Shown: positions 27,698 through 38,542 of the stretch, in pieces
Layout: the number at the start of each line of letters is the position of its first letter
How positions within the stretch are numbered: the first letter of the stretch is position 1
Assembly (NCBI GenBank): GCA_021299355.1
Contig: JAJTGG010000001.1
Location: 12,219 to 76,218, forward strand
DNA length: 64,000 nucleotides
DNA from: Lysobacteraceae bacterium
Lineage (GTDB): Bacteria > Pseudomonadota > Gammaproteobacteria > Xanthomonadales > Xanthomonadaceae
Direction: 5' to 3'
Program-made: the position numbers and the translations under genes
The notes under the pieces: generated by a model
Seen by the model: only the letters and a program-made list of their open reading frames with translations
Databases searched by the model: none
What the model was told of the DNA's origin: nothing

Positions 27698-29082
27698 CTC
27701 AGACAGGGCAGCCGGATGCTGAAGCGGGCACCGCCCAACTCCTGGGAACGATCGACCGACAGTTCACCGTTGTAGGACCGGATGATGTCCTGCACGATGG
27801 CCATGCCGATGCCGTGGCCATGCACGCGCTCATCGCCGCGCACCCCGCGCTGAAGGATTTTCGGGATGTCTTCCGGCGCAATGCCCTTACCGTCATCCTC
27901 GATGCACAGATACAGACCCGGCCGGCGCGCCGCCGGTTCGTAAATCGGTTTCACCGTCAGCAGCACCCGGTGCTCGGCCCATTTGAAGGCATTTTCCAGA
28001 AAATTGCCGAGTAGCTCCTGCAGATCGCCCGGCTCGCCGGAAAACTGCGCCTTGTCGTCCACATCGAATTCGCACAGCACCCCGCGCATCTGGTAGATCT
28101 TTTCAAGACTCTGCACGATATTTTCGGCATGCGGCAGCACATCGACGGGTGCCGAATAAAGCGCGTGTCCGGAACGCGACGCGCGCGCGAGCTGATAGGA
28201 AACGATGTCGTTCATGCGATGAACCTGTGTATAGACTTCGCCTTTGAAGGACGCGGGATCGTCGGCATTCTCGATTTCCGACTGCAGCACCGCCAAAGGC
28301 GTTTTCAGACTGTGCGCAAGGTCGGCCAAGGTATTCCTGCTGAGCTCGAGATTGCTGCGCTCACTGTTGATCAGGGCATTGATGCTGCCCGAAATCGGGC
28401 GTAGTTCGTTAGGATAGATGCGGTCGAGCCGCTGCTGCCGGCCGTCCTGCAGCGCCTTCATGTCAGTTTCCAGCATGCGTAGCGGCTGCAGGCTCCAGCG
28501 CAGGATGGCGATCTGCACCAGAACCAGCAGGATGCCGGCAATGCCCAGGTAGCCCCACAGCGATTTCCGGTACTCGGCGATCTGCTTGAAGATTTCCTCT
28601 TCGCTTTCATAGATGCGCAGGGTGATCGCCGGCGAATCGTCGAGCTGTTTGACGGCGGTATAGCGGTAGGCCTTGATGCTGGCATCCTCGCCGATCGGCA
28701 ATATGATCGGCCCGGTGAATTCCGACGTGCCGATGCGCAGTTCCGGCGGTTTCGGCAGACTGAACAGTTTCACCGACTCCGACTGCCAGCCGCCTCCGGC
28801 ACTGTCGAGCTGGGCATACAGGCCGCTGCGGAAATTGTTGAAGCGGGCATCCGGAAGGTTGTCGATGTTTGCCGTCTGCAGCCGGCCGTTCCTGTCGAAA
28901 TTCACTTCATCCCAGATGGCCAACGCATAGCGTTCCATGCGCGCTTCCATGTTGTTGACCAGAGAGCTTTGGAATGCTTTGTCGAGCGCGATGCCGGTCA
29001 GCCCAAGAAAAGCGACCAGCCCCAGACTGGCCGCAATCAACTGCCGCGCATGCAGGGACAGGGCGCGTCGCGCGGGATTCAT
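27694..29082 (-). CDS. phoQ: Sensor histidine kinase
   Basis: Two TMs, HAMP, LADLAHSLKTPL, LLGNFLENAFKW, RG.RGDE...GHGIG. Confidence 0.88.
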   Translation of the reverse strand: MNPARRALSLHARQLIAASLGLVAFLGLTGIALDKAFQSSLVNNMEARMERYALAIWDEVNFDRNGRLQTANIDNLPDARFNNFRSGLYAQLDSAGGGWQSESVKLFSLPKPPELRIGTSEFTGPIILPIGEDASIKAYRYTAVKQLDDSPAITLRIYESEEEIFKQIAEYRKSLWGYLGIAGILLVLVQIAILRWSLQPLRMLETDMKALQDGRQQRLDRIYPNELRPISGSINALINSERSNLELSRNTLADLAHSLKTPLAVLQSEIENADDPASFKGEVYTQVHRMNDIVSYQLARASRSGHALYSAPVDVLPHAENIVQSLEKIYQMRGVLCEFDVDDKAQFSGEPGDLQELLGNFLENAFKWAEHRVLLTVKPIYEPAARRPGLYLCIEDDGKGIAPEDIPKILQRGVRGDERVHGHGIGMAIVQDIIRSYNGELSVDRSQELGGARFSIRLPCLS

Positions 29083-29095
29083 GGCGGGTGGCGGA

Positions 29096-29776
29096 TTATT
29101 CGTTGCGCGGAATGGCGAAGCGATAACCGCGGCCGCGTACGGTCTCGATCGGTTTCAGCGTGCCGTCCGGATCGAGCTTCTTGCGCAAGCGGCCGACGAA
29201 CACTTCCAGCACATTCGAATCACGGTCGAAATCCTGCTGGTAGATGTGTTCGGTGAGGTCGGCCTTGGACACCAGTTCGCCTGCATGGAGCATCAGGTAT
29301 TCCAGTACCTTGTATTCATAGCTGGTGAGATCGGCGGCAACATCGTTGATGGTGACCTTCTGTGCGGCAAGATCGAGTTTGACCGGTCCGCACTCCAGGC
29401 TCGGCTTGCTCCAGCCGGCGGCACGCCGCAGCAGGGCATTGATGCGTGCCAGCAGCTCTTCGACATGGAAGGGTTTGACCAGATAGTCGTCGGCGCCGTA
29501 CTTGAGTCCTTCGACCTTGTCCTGCCAACTGGAACGCGCGGTCAGGATCAGGATCGGGAATTTCTGGCCGGCATCGCGCAGACCACGCACCACATCCATG
29601 CCAGAAATCTTCGGCAATCCCAGATCCACCACGGCCAGATCGAACGGGATTTCCCGACCGTGGAACAGGGCTTCTTCGCCGTCACTGGCGGTATCGACTG
29701 CGAAACCTTCGCGCTTCAGGCGTGCGGCAAGTGTCTCCCTCAACGGTGCTTCGTCTTCCACAAGCAGGATGCGCAT
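29096..29776 (-). CDS. phoP: OmpR-family response regulator
   Basis: DLGLP, LTARSSWQDKVEGL, DRDSNVLEVFVGRLRKKL. Confidence 0.92.
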   Translation of the reverse strand: MRILLVEDEAPLRETLAARLKREGFAVDTASDGEEALFHGREIPFDLAVVDLGLPKISGMDVVRGLRDAGQKFPILILTARSSWQDKVEGLKYGADDYLVKPFHVEELLARINALLRRAAGWSKPSLECGPVKLDLAAQKVTINDVAADLTSYEYKVLEYLMLHAGELVSKADLTEHIYQQDFDRDSNVLEVFVGRLRKKLDPDGTLKPIETVRGRGYRFAIPRNE

Positions 29777-29799
29777 GACTCGTCCTTTCCGGGATGGGT

Positions 29800-30183
29800 T
29801 TAATGGTCGGCGGAACGGTTCCGTTGTCCGGGGTCTTCGTCCACATTCTGGACAGTTTCCACCGAACGGCCATTTTCGTCAAATAACTGCTGATGGATGA
29901 TGATCCGTCCGTTCGGCATCTGCACTTTGATTTGGTTGAGTTGGCGGCCCTGCACGCTGACCGGTTTGGCACCGATGACCTTGCCGCCGGTCTGGCGCTC
30001 GACCTGACGCACCGTGACCGTTCTCGGCTGCGAAGGTAGCGTGGTCTTGGTGTTGGGCAAACTGCTGCGCGGTCCGATATCGCGCTGTTCGGCTTTGGCT
30101 TCCGGCTGCGTCTGTACGGATTGCGCCAATACCCCCGGGGTACTAGTGGCAAGCATGACGATGGCGAGCAGTCGGATTTTCAT
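29800..30183 (-). CDS. Exported PepSY-like protein upstream of phoP
   Basis: Signal peptide; VRQVERQTGGKVI.A...IKV..PNGRI. Confidence 0.65.
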   Translation of the reverse strand: MKIRLLAIVMLATSTPGVLAQSVQTQPEAKAEQRDIGPRSSLPNTKTTLPSQPRTVTVRQVERQTGGKVIGAKPVSVQGRQLNQIKVQMPNGRIIIHQQLFDENGRSVETVQNVDEDPGQRNRSADH

Positions 30184-30243
30184 ATGCGTATGGTAGTACA
30201 AACCGGCCGTTTGTTAAATAAAATCTAGTTTTGCACGGCTTAG

Positions 30244-30260
30244 GTGAATTGGCTCTGAAC
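30244..30260 (-). promoter_or_regulatory. Putative PhoP box (autoregulation)
   Basis: Minus strand GTTCAG-AGCCA-ATTCAC, a direct repeat with 11-bp period upstream of the pepSY-phoPQ operon. Confidence 0.6.
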
Positions 30261-30265
30261 CTGCT

Positions 30266-31174
30266 TCAGTAGATTTCACCGACGCAACAACGCAGGGAGC
30301 CGCCGGCCAGCTCCAGCGTCGGCATCGGCACGCCATGCAGTCGGAAACCCCGATCGGCCAGATGCGCCTTCTGGATTGCGTCCAGGCTGGCGACGGCACG
30401 GGCGCTGAGAAAAATATCCTGAGGACTCAGGGCGATGCAGTTTCCGGCAAAGTCGGCTTTCTGCGCGGGACTGATGCGGACCACACAATCGCCATAGAAT
30501 CCGGCGATGGCCTCGGCCACGGCAGCATCGCGGAAGCCGCTGGGCGCGATGACCGCCGCTCGGCCCGCCAGAATACTGAGCACGACATTGGTGTGATACT
30601 CGCTTTCGGCCAGATCGAACATCAAGGTGGCGCGCAGGCCGAAGGCGGCATGCATCGCACGCGCCCCGGCCTCATCGCAGCGTTCGCTCAGCCCGCAATA
30701 ACCCAGCCCGCGGGCACGGTCGATGATCAGCGAGCCGGTCAGCTCGCAGATGCCCGGTTGGGTGCCAAGGTCAATCGGTGTCCTTCCGAGGGTGTCTATG
30801 AAGAAGCGCCGGATGTCCTCGCGTGCGGCTTCGCGCTGGCGGACCGGATGACGCATATGGCCGATCAGCACATGCGCCGGCGTCACGGCGAACACATTGT
30901 TGGGAAACACCGCATCCGGGGTTTCGGCATCGCCGGGAAAGCAGATGACCGGCAGGCAGCCGCGGATGGCCGTCTGCAGCGCCCGGTGCTCGGCATATGC
31001 GGCGGCGGCGTCGACCGACGCCGACATGTGCATGTAGCGGTTGTCGGTAGCGGATTGTTCGGCCAGGCGAAAACCTTCCGGACTGACCATGAATACCGCT
31101 TGGGCACAGGCCGGAGACTCGGCGGCACAGCTGGCCGCGAAAGCGAAGAATTCCTGGGTGTCGCGAGTGATCAT
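30266..31174 (-). CDS. Amidinotransferase/arginine deiminase-related hydrolase
   Basis: PDAVFPNN, R..E, ELTGS, YHTNV, GGSLRC. Confidence 0.85.
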   Translation of the reverse strand: MITRDTQEFFAFAASCAAESPACAQAVFMVSPEGFRLAEQSATDNRYMHMSASVDAAAAYAEHRALQTAIRGCLPVICFPGDAETPDAVFPNNVFAVTPAHVLIGHMRHPVRQREAAREDIRRFFIDTLGRTPIDLGTQPGICELTGSLIIDRARGLGYCGLSERCDEAGARAMHAAFGLRATLMFDLAESEYHTNVVLSILAGRAAVIAPSGFRDAAVAEAIAGFYGDCVVRISPAQKADFAGNCIALSPQDIFLSARAVASLDAIQKAHLADRGFRLHGVPMPTLELAGGSLRCCVGEIY

Positions 31175-32154
31175 GACGCTTCCCGAAAACGGGTGGCGTC
31201 CAGAGCTTTGGCAATCACCGGCCAGCCGGCCCCCGGCAAGGGCGCTTCCTGACTCAACACCTGCCGGAACAGCCGTCCGCCGGGCTGTCCGTGGAAAAGG
31301 CCAAGCAGACATTTACTGATGTGCTTGAGCGCGACACCCTTTGCACATTGCGCCGTCACGTAGTCCTGCATGGCCAGCAGCAGTTGTTCGCGTTCCAGCT
31401 CCGTGCTGCCAAAAATGGCGGCATGCATGCGGTGCAGGCGGTAGGGATCCTGATACGCGGCGCGGCCGATCATGACGCCATCCACGCGAGGCAGCGCCTC
31501 CAGACAGGCATCGACCTCGGCCAGACCGCCATTGAGTACGATGTGCAGATTTGGCCGCTCCTGCTTGAGACGGAACACCCAGTCGTAACGCAGCGGCGGT
31601 ATCTCGCGGTTTTCCTTCGGACTCAAACCGCTCAGCCAGGCCTTGCGCGCGTGCACCACAAACTCCTCGCATCCCGACGCAGACACGGTATCGATGAACT
31701 GCAGAAACGCGTCATAGTCTTCTTGCTCATCGACGCCCAACCGGCATTTCACCGTCACCGGAACCTGCACCGCGCGGCGCATGGCATCGATGCAGGCGGC
31801 GACCACCGGTGGCTCCTTCATCAGACAGGCACCGAAGCGGCCGGCCTGCACGCGATCGGAAGGACAACCGACATTGAGATTGATTTCGGCATAGCCGTAT
31901 TGCTCGGCGATACGGCTGGCCTCGGCCAGATGCGCGGGATCGCTGCCACCCAGCTGCAATGCCAGCGGCTGTTCGCGGGCATCATAGCCTAGCAGGCGCT
32001 CGCGGTCGCCGAACAGCACGGCCTGGGCATGCACCATTTCGGTATACAGGCGCGCCTTCGGCGCCAGTAAGCGGTGGAACACACGGCAGTGGCGGTCGGT
32101 CCAGTCCATCATGGGCGCGACGGAGAGTCGGATGCTGTCGGCGTAGGCACTCAT
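31171..32154 (-). CDS. dusA: tRNA dihydrouridine(20/20a) synthase
   Basis: APMMDWTDRHCR, NLNVGCPSDRVQ.G.FGA, LSPKENR.IPPL. Confidence 0.96.
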   Translation of the reverse strand: MSAYADSIRLSVAPMMDWTDRHCRVFHRLLAPKARLYTEMVHAQAVLFGDRERLLGYDAREQPLALQLGGSDPAHLAEASRIAEQYGYAEINLNVGCPSDRVQAGRFGACLMKEPPVVAACIDAMRRAVQVPVTVKCRLGVDEQEDYDAFLQFIDTVSASGCEEFVVHARKAWLSGLSPKENREIPPLRYDWVFRLKQERPNLHIVLNGGLAEVDACLEALPRVDGVMIGRAAYQDPYRLHRMHAAIFGSTELEREQLLLAMQDYVTAQCAKGVALKHISKCLLGLFHGQPGGRLFRQVLSQEAPLPGAGWPVIAKALDATRFREAS

Positions 32155-32161
32155 TCGGATA

Positions 32162-35100
32162 TCATTTCCGCCAATTCAATGCCGCCGAGCTCTGTTCACG
32201 CAGTTCGGATTGTTCGGATTCGATGGAAATGTCGAGGCCGGCCCTGAGCAGATACTTGAGGGTGATGACCTGGCCGATGCCCAGCAGCGAAACTCCGTAG
32301 CTGACGAACAGGCGTGGTGAAATCTGCTTGCCGATGGTCAGCGTGGAATCGCCGAGTGCGCGCGACTCGCTGATTGAGGCTTGGTCCAACCCGACCTTGC
32401 GGCCAAGCGTTCCGACCAGGAACGAGCCGCCGGCGTTCAATGCCATCGATTTGGCATTGATGGAATCGGCCTGTCCGGCACTGACCGAGTTCAAAGGCCG
32501 GCCGAACAGCAGCCAGGACAGCGCATCGGAATCGGACATGGCCGGATTCGAGACGACCGTGGTTTTCGGTTTGGCCGCGGACCCGGTGATCTGCAGACCG
32601 ACCGTGATGTTCTCTTCCTCGATCACCCGTTCGGTCAGGATGTCGAGGCGCGGTTCGTACACCAGATTGTTGCTGTACTGCAGGTTGCCGCGTTTGATCG
32701 CCAGTTCCTTGCCGTAGGCGGCGTATTCGCCGCTGAGGCTGAGCGTACCGGTGAGCTTGGTGGGACTGTCATACGGACTATCGACCATGACACGGCCGGT
32801 AACCGCCCCATCCAGACCATAACCGGTGACTTTGACCTGATCGCTGATACCGACTTTCAGTTTCAGGCCCAGCTGCAGCAGATCGCGCTGGGCTTTTTCG
32901 GGAACGGGATCGACTACCACCACATCGCTGGAAATCGCGACGCTGGTGCTGAGCGTTTCCAGGTTGACCTTGCCTCCGAGCAGATTGATGTCACCGTCGA
33001 GACTGTAGATACCTTTGGCATAGCCGAGCAGCAGGTCGGTATCGGCGGTCAACTGCATGTTGGGGGTATCGGTGAGGGTCACGTTCTTGCCGATCAGGCG
33101 CAGATCGATCGGCTGCGGCAGCTGATCGGCTGGATCCCAGACCCCGATGACCGACAGCCGTCCGTCACCGGACTTGATCGATCCCTTCACCAGCATCGCC
33201 AGATTGTCATTGCTTTTCGCGGTAATCTGGCCGTCGGCCAGCTTCAGGCCGAGTGCGGGAATCTGCACGTTGAAATCCTGCAGTCGATAGGCGCCGTTGA
33301 TGCTGGGCGCATCGCGGCGGCCACTTATCTCGATTTCACCATTGATGCGTCCCGACGGCTGCGCCAGATCCAGGGAAAACAGTTCAAGCCAGGACAGCTC
33401 ATTGATCTGCAGCTTCAGGTTGCCGTTCAGAGGCGCATTCGCCGAGAAACCGGTATCCAGGGCACCCTCGATCAAACCGCCCTCGGGCAGGCGCGCCTGT
33501 ACCTCGCCGGCCAGGCGATTGGCCAGCCACTTCAACTGCAGCCGGAAATCCTCGATGCGCATCACTTCGTTGGCCTCATTGGGTTTTACACCCACCTTCA
33601 GCAAAGGCACATCCAGATCGATGAATCCGGAACCACTGAGCGCGAAGTCCTTGGGCAGTTCGGCGCGCAGAACGGCCGTGCCCGAATAGGTGAATTCCTT
33701 GCCGGCGTTATTGACCCAAGGCTCGAGCAGTGACAGCGGAAAATCATCGCCCTGGACGGCAATCAGATTGCCGTCGTCTTCCGCGCAGAGGCGTGCGCCG
33801 TGATCGGTACTGGACAGACAGGCTGGCGTGAAACGGTAACCGGAACCGTCCAGCGTCACGGAGGTGGGCTGCTGCAGCTGCCATAGGCCGAGTACCCCGC
33901 CATCGCCGCGCAGGGACTCCGGATCAAGCCGGGTGACACCATCCTGCCATTGCAGATCACCGGAGGAATCCAAGGCGTATTCGCCGGACTGCACGGAAAT
34001 GCGGTAGGCGGCATCGCGCAATGGGCCATCAAGATCCAAGGCAATGCGCTCAACCGCCCACCCATCGATCATCACATCGTCGGCATCCAACTGCGTTCTT
34101 CGATCACCCAGCGTTCCGCCTTGCAGTCGTATTCGGCCGACCCGGTAATCGGGAATCTGCAGATCGTTGCCCTGGACATCGACCCGGTAATCGGGACTTT
34201 GGCGATCGCCCTGCAATATCAGCGTGCCACGGAGCAAACCGGACCAGGCCGGACTGAGGTCATTCAGATTCAGTGGCAGCAAGGCCGCGGCCACATCCAG
34301 TTTGCCGTTATCCCCGCCCTTGAGCGTGACATGCGATCCACCGGCATGGAGATCTGCATCACCGGCCACGGCAATACCCTCGAAACGAAGATTGGCATTA
34401 CCGGCAAGACGGCGACCGCGCAATTGGCCACCGAGATCCTGCACTTTCAAGGTTCCCCGCCAATCCTTGCCGACCGGCTGCTGCACCGCGATGCGCAAAT
34501 CGGCATTGACCATCCCAGGATACTCGGCGAAGAAATAGCCCGGATCGAATTTCGCCAATTTGCCGTCGAACGCGATGTCCATCGCCGGTTGCCAACGCAG
34601 GCGCAGCCGGCCATCCATACCGCCCTGCGCCATGCTCACTTTCATTTTCGGCAGATCCAGCGCACTGTCCGTACCGCTACCGGCCACATCAAAACCGGCA
34701 CGTTCCTTTCCGCGCACCAGGGTGCCCGTGGCTTTGAGCTGCCATATGCTGAGTTTGCCGCTGGCCTCGATACGCGTACTGAGCACGACCGGCACCGACT
34801 TGACCGTGTTCCTGGCGGCATCATTTTCCGGCAAGGGCAGAACGAAATCGGCAATCTGCAGCACCAATGCATCACTGCTGAGCTCGCCTTCGGTATTCAG
34901 GCTGCCCTGTGCCGACAGGCGCGCACCGCCGTATTGCAGATGCACGTCTTCCAGCAGTACCTGGCTGCCATCCAAGGCAAAACGCGAGGGTTCGATGATC
35001 ACGGTCTTACCATCCCGGCTGAATTCACCGGCAATCTGGCTTCGCCGGTCATCGCCGGATGCGCCCAATTGCACGCGGTAGGCATGCTCGTCGATCAACC

Positions 35101-35914
35101 CCAGCATGGCGGGCTCGAAGCGTTCGCTGCTCGCCCCCAACACCCAGAACGGCCGGTCATCACGGGTGCTCAATTCCCAACGGACGCGGACCGGTTCGGG
35201 CAGGGCTCCCTCAATATCGAGCAGAAAGCGTTCGGCATCGCCTTCGGCATGCAGACGCAGGGCCGGTGGTACGCCGGCGGCTTCGGTCTTGAGCCGGACC
35301 GTGCCGTCCAGGCGCGTGGCATAGGCACGGTTCGGCCGGTAATCGCCATTCAGACTGATCCGGCCATGGACGGACTCAGCCTGCAGGCTATTCAAGGTCA
35401 GCGCTCCCGGTGCCAGCTCGAAACCGCCGCGGAGTTCGGTGACTGCATACAGAGGCCGTTCCTGCTCGAATAACTGCAGATCGGAAATCTGGATATCATC
35501 GGCACGGATCCGCAGTGGCACATCGAGCGCCGGCAGGCTTTCCGGCCAGCGCGGGAACTCGAAGGGCTTGTCATCTTTTTTCAGATGCAGACGCACGCGC
35601 TGGGCGCGCAGATGTGCGATGTTCAGATGCCGGAACAACAGCGGCAGGATGTCGGTTTCGATCTCCAGAACACCTGCTTCATAGCGCTGCTCGGCATCGG
35701 CGTAGGACAGTTTCTGGAACTGCAATCCTTCAGCCAGCACGCCATCGACTTTCTGCCATTGCAGACGCGCGCCCTGCGGCAATTGCCCCTGTGCCTGCGC
35801 CAGCACGAAATCACGGCCGGCCGAGCTGTGCAGCAGCCAGGCGCCGAAAGCGACCGCCCCGGCAATGAGCGCCAGAAGCAGCAGCGCAAGTATCGATTTC
35901 TTCGACAGGCTCAC
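32162..35914 (-). CDS. tamB: Translocation and assembly module TamB
   Basis: About 1250 aa; N-terminal TM and C-terminal DUF490-like region; GTG start overlapping the tamA stop. Confidence 0.88.
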   Translation of the reverse strand: MSLSKKSILALLLLALIAGAVAFGAWLLHSSAGRDFVLAQAQGQLPQGARLQWQKVDGVLAEGLQFQKLSYADAEQRYEAGVLEIETDILPLLFRHLNIAHLRAQRVRLHLKKDDKPFEFPRWPESLPALDVPLRIRADDIQISDLQLFEQERPLYAVTELRGGFELAPGALTLNSLQAESVHGRISLNGDYRPNRAYATRLDGTVRLKTEAAGVPPALRLHAEGDAERFLLDIEGALPEPVRVRWELSTRDDRPFWVLGASSERFEPAMLGLIDEHAYRVQLGASGDDRRSQIAGEFSRDGKTVIIEPSRFALDGSQVLLEDVHLQYGGARLSAQGSLNTEGELSSDALVLQIADFVLPLPENDAARNTVKSVPVVLSTRIEASGKLSIWQLKATGTLVRGKERAGFDVAGSGTDSALDLPKMKVSMAQGGMDGRLRLRWQPAMDIAFDGKLAKFDPGYFFAEYPGMVNADLRIAVQQPVGKDWRGTLKVQDLGGQLRGRRLAGNANLRFEGIAVAGDADLHAGGSHVTLKGGDNGKLDVAAALLPLNLNDLSPAWSGLLRGTLILQGDRQSPDYRVDVQGNDLQIPDYRVGRIRLQGGTLGDRRTQLDADDVMIDGWAVERIALDLDGPLRDAAYRISVQSGEYALDSSGDLQWQDGVTRLDPESLRGDGGVLGLWQLQQPTSVTLDGSGYRFTPACLSSTDHGARLCAEDDGNLIAVQGDDFPLSLLEPWVNNAGKEFTYSGTAVLRAELPKDFALSGSGFIDLDVPLLKVGVKPNEANEVMRIEDFRLQLKWLANRLAGEVQARLPEGGLIEGALDTGFSANAPLNGNLKLQINELSWLELFSLDLAQPSGRINGEIEISGRRDAPSINGAYRLQDFNVQIPALGLKLADGQITAKSNDNLAMLVKGSIKSGDGRLSVIGVWDPADQLPQPIDLRLIGKNVTLTDTPNMQLTADTDLLLGYAKGIYSLDGDINLLGGKVNLETLSTSVAISSDVVVVDPVPEKAQRDLLQLGLKLKVGISDQVKVTGYGLDGAVTGRVMVDSPYDSPTKLTGTLSLSGEYAAYGKELAIKRGNLQYSNNLVYEPRLDILTERVIEEENITVGLQITGSAAKPKTTVVSNPAMSDSDALSWLLFGRPLNSVSAGQADSINAKSMALNAGGSFLVGTLGRKVGLDQASISESRALGDSTLTIGKQISPRLFVSYGVSLLGIGQVITLKYLLRAGLDISIESEQSELREQSSAALNWRK

Positions 35915-37668
35915 AGATCGGACCCGATGGTGAAGTGGATGCCAAAGCCCGGATCCGGGCCGTTGAAACCGTAGGCGACATCGAAACGTACCGGCCCGAT
36001 CGGCGAGCGCCAGCGCGCACCGGTACCGACACCGAAATTGGCATTCGGTTCGCGGTCGAAGGCATCGCCGACATCCACGAAACCGGCCACCGCCCACTCC
36101 GGATTCAGACGGTATTCGTATTCGACGCTGCCGACCGCCATGTAACGGCCCCCGAAATTGTAGTTGCCGTAATATTCACCGATTTCCTTGTAGCCGTAAC
36201 CGCGAACACTCTGATCGCCGCCGGCGTAGAAACGCAGGGAGGGCGGAAAATACGGATAGTTGCCGGACCAGGTCGCGCCGAGTTCGGCACGCATCAGCAG
36301 GCGGCTGCGGTCATTCAGGCCGAAAATCCGCTTGTTTTTGACCGTGGCCTGCATGAATGGCGCCTGCGAGGCTTCGAATTCGTAACCAGAACGCAGCTGG
36401 TAATGCCAGGCCGAACCGCTGGTCGGGTAAAGCGGATCATCGCTTCTGCGCCAGACCGCATTGAACTCGGGGTAGGCCACCGCGGTGTAAAGGATATTGT
36501 CGAGCGACTGGTCAATGTCGGGAATGGCTTCATCGAATCGTTCGCGGCGCACATTCAGGCTGGCCAGCAGATCCCAGTTACGCAATTCACCGCTGCGGCT
36601 GAAGCTGCCCTCGACATAGCGGCTGCTGGTACTGGTGTATTCCTCGTTGCGTGCGACCAAGCCGATGCCGTACCAGCCATCCAGCCACTGGAAGGCCGGT
36701 ATGCGGTACAAGGTGGTGAAGCTCTGCTCGTTCTGCGCCAAACCGATGTTGAAATCAAGCTTATGGCCGCGGCTGTTGATCCAGCGCTGCTCCACACCAT
36801 ATTCGACACCGAGCCCGGTCTTGGTGCCATAGCGGAAACTGGCGAACTGGCTGCTGTGCTTGCCCTGGGTCAGGCTGACCAGAACCGGCACGGTGCCATC
36901 CTGTTTGTTCTCGAGATCCGGCACGATTTCAATCGAGCTGAAATAATTGAGTTTAGCCAGCGATTCCTGCAGGCGGTTGATCTGTGGCTGCGAATAATAT
37001 TTTCCGGCTTCGAAATTCACCAGCTGCTCGAGCAGGCCCGGTTCGAACGTGTGGCCTTCAAAGCGGACCGCACCGTAGCGGTAGCGCATGCCACTGTCCC
37101 AGGCCAAATCGATGTCGGCGCTCTGGGCCGCGCGGGTCACGCGCACTTCATGCACGCTGTTGCGCATATCGAAATAGCCGCGATCGAGCAGGGCCTGGCT
37201 GATTTCCGCCTTGTTTCCCTCGTAAAGGCCGTGATTGAAGACCTCGCCCCGGGTCGGCTCGAAACCTTCCAGCCAGAAGCCGATAAAGCGGTCTTTGCCG
37301 CCTTCGCCATCGACATGCAGTGCGACGTCACGGACTTTCACCGGCTCGCCGGGAACGACATCGACGATGATCTGGGCCCGGGAACCGTCGCGCTCCAACC
37401 GGCTGTTGATGATGGGATGGTAATAGCCCATCGGCTCCAGGCTGTCTTCGACCAGACGATTGATGTTGCTGACGTAATAACCGAGCCGGCCTTCCGAAAC
37501 CGTTTCGCCTTTCCCTTGCGCTTCCGGAAGCGCGACCGCGCGGCGGACCACCTGCTCGAGTGCTTTGTCCTTTTCCAAACCGTTGATCTTGATTGGCAAC
37601 AGTTCCGCCGCCGACACCGAAGCGGAATGGGCGCCGAAGATAAGCAGAAGGGGAAAGAGCGACCGCAT
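35911..37668 (-). CDS. tamA: Translocation and assembly module TamA (Omp85)
   Basis: POTRA domains; RFYAGGDQSVRGY; RWRSPIGPVRFD. Confidence 0.92.
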   Translation of the reverse strand: MRSLFPLLLIFGAHSASVSAAELLPIKINGLEKDKALEQVVRRAVALPEAQGKGETVSEGRLGYYVSNINRLVEDSLEPMGYYHPIINSRLERDGSRAQIIVDVVPGEPVKVRDVALHVDGEGGKDRFIGFWLEGFEPTRGEVFNHGLYEGNKAEISQALLDRGYFDMRNSVHEVRVTRAAQSADIDLAWDSGMRYRYGAVRFEGHTFEPGLLEQLVNFEAGKYYSQPQINRLQESLAKLNYFSSIEIVPDLENKQDGTVPVLVSLTQGKHSSQFASFRYGTKTGLGVEYGVEQRWINSRGHKLDFNIGLAQNEQSFTTLYRIPAFQWLDGWYGIGLVARNEEYTSTSSRYVEGSFSRSGELRNWDLLASLNVRRERFDEAIPDIDQSLDNILYTAVAYPEFNAVWRRSDDPLYPTSGSAWHYQLRSGYEFEASQAPFMQATVKNKRIFGLNDRSRLLMRAELGATWSGNYPYFPPSLRFYAGGDQSVRGYGYKEIGEYYGNYNFGGRYMAVGSVEYEYRLNPEWAVAGFVDVGDAFDREPNANFGVGTGARWRSPIGPVRFDVAYGFNGPDPGFGIHFTIGSDL

Positions 37669-37707
37669 ACCGCATTTTACGGGGCGCTCACGGCGCACCG
37701 CAAGCGA

Positions 37708-38532
37708 TTACTGCACGTGCAACGGCGAAGGGTATTGCCTTCCGGCGCGTTTCGGACGGAAACAGGGCACGCGGGTGAAGAAATCGTCGGCGGCATGTTC
37801 CGGATGCCAGCCCGGGATTCCGGTCAGCGGAATCGGACGAAGCTCCTGCGGATCATTGAGCAGCTCGCCGCTGGCAATGCCCTCGGCAATCCGGGACGCC
37901 ATGCTGTCGTCATCCAGCGGCGTTGCGGCATTGATGACCAACGCCTTGGCCACCAATGCGATTGCCGGCGTTAAGGCGTGCTCGAACAGGGAATGGCCGA
38001 ACAGCCAGAGCTGCACCATGCCGCGGCGCTCGGCGTCGGCCCAATTCCGGAACAGATACGGCCAGTCGTGTGCATCCCAGGCCGCCTGCAGTGCGGCATC
38101 GTGGAGACGCAGCACGGCACCGGCCTCATCGAACTGGGTCAACGCGCATTGCCCGCGCGTGCGCTGCTTGGGCCCGACCCGCGCGATGTCGACGACCTGG
38201 CGGGCATTCAGCGCCTGCTTGATGGCGGGAAAGCGCATCCAGATGAAGGCGTTGAACAGATCGTGCCAGTTGCGTGCGCGGGTCGCGATGATACCGGATT
38301 CGGCGATACGCTGCTCATAATGTCGGTCGTCATGCAATGCCGCCTGTTCGACGAAATGGTAAGGCTGGCCACCGGCATTGGCCGGTGAGTTCCAGAGCGC
38401 ATTCAACGTGGCCATATCCGGCCAGGTTTCGGATCGGCAAAGATCCTGCTGCCCTTCGGCGAGCGTCGCGAACACCGGATGCGCGTAGACCTGTGGCTCG
38501 ATTTGATCACGTTCGGGAGCGAGGTAACGCAT
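37708..38532 (-). CDS. DUF3025 family protein
   Basis: HYEQRI...G.I.TR..NWHDLFNA..W; RDxxT-like LTQFDE; FGHSL.E. Confidence 0.75.
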   Translation of the reverse strand: MRYLAPERDQIEPQVYAHPVFATLAEGQQDLCRSETWPDMATLNALWNSPANAGGQPYHFVEQAALHDDRHYEQRIAESGIIATRARNWHDLFNAFIWMRFPAIKQALNARQVVDIARVGPKQRTRGQCALTQFDEAGAVLRLHDAALQAAWDAHDWPYLFRNWADAERRGMVQLWLFGHSLFEHALTPAIALVAKALVINAATPLDDDSMASRIAEGIASGELLNDPQELRPIPLTGIPGWHPEHAADDFFTRVPCFRPKRAGRQYPSPLHVQ

Positions 38533-38542
38533 GACCGCGGGT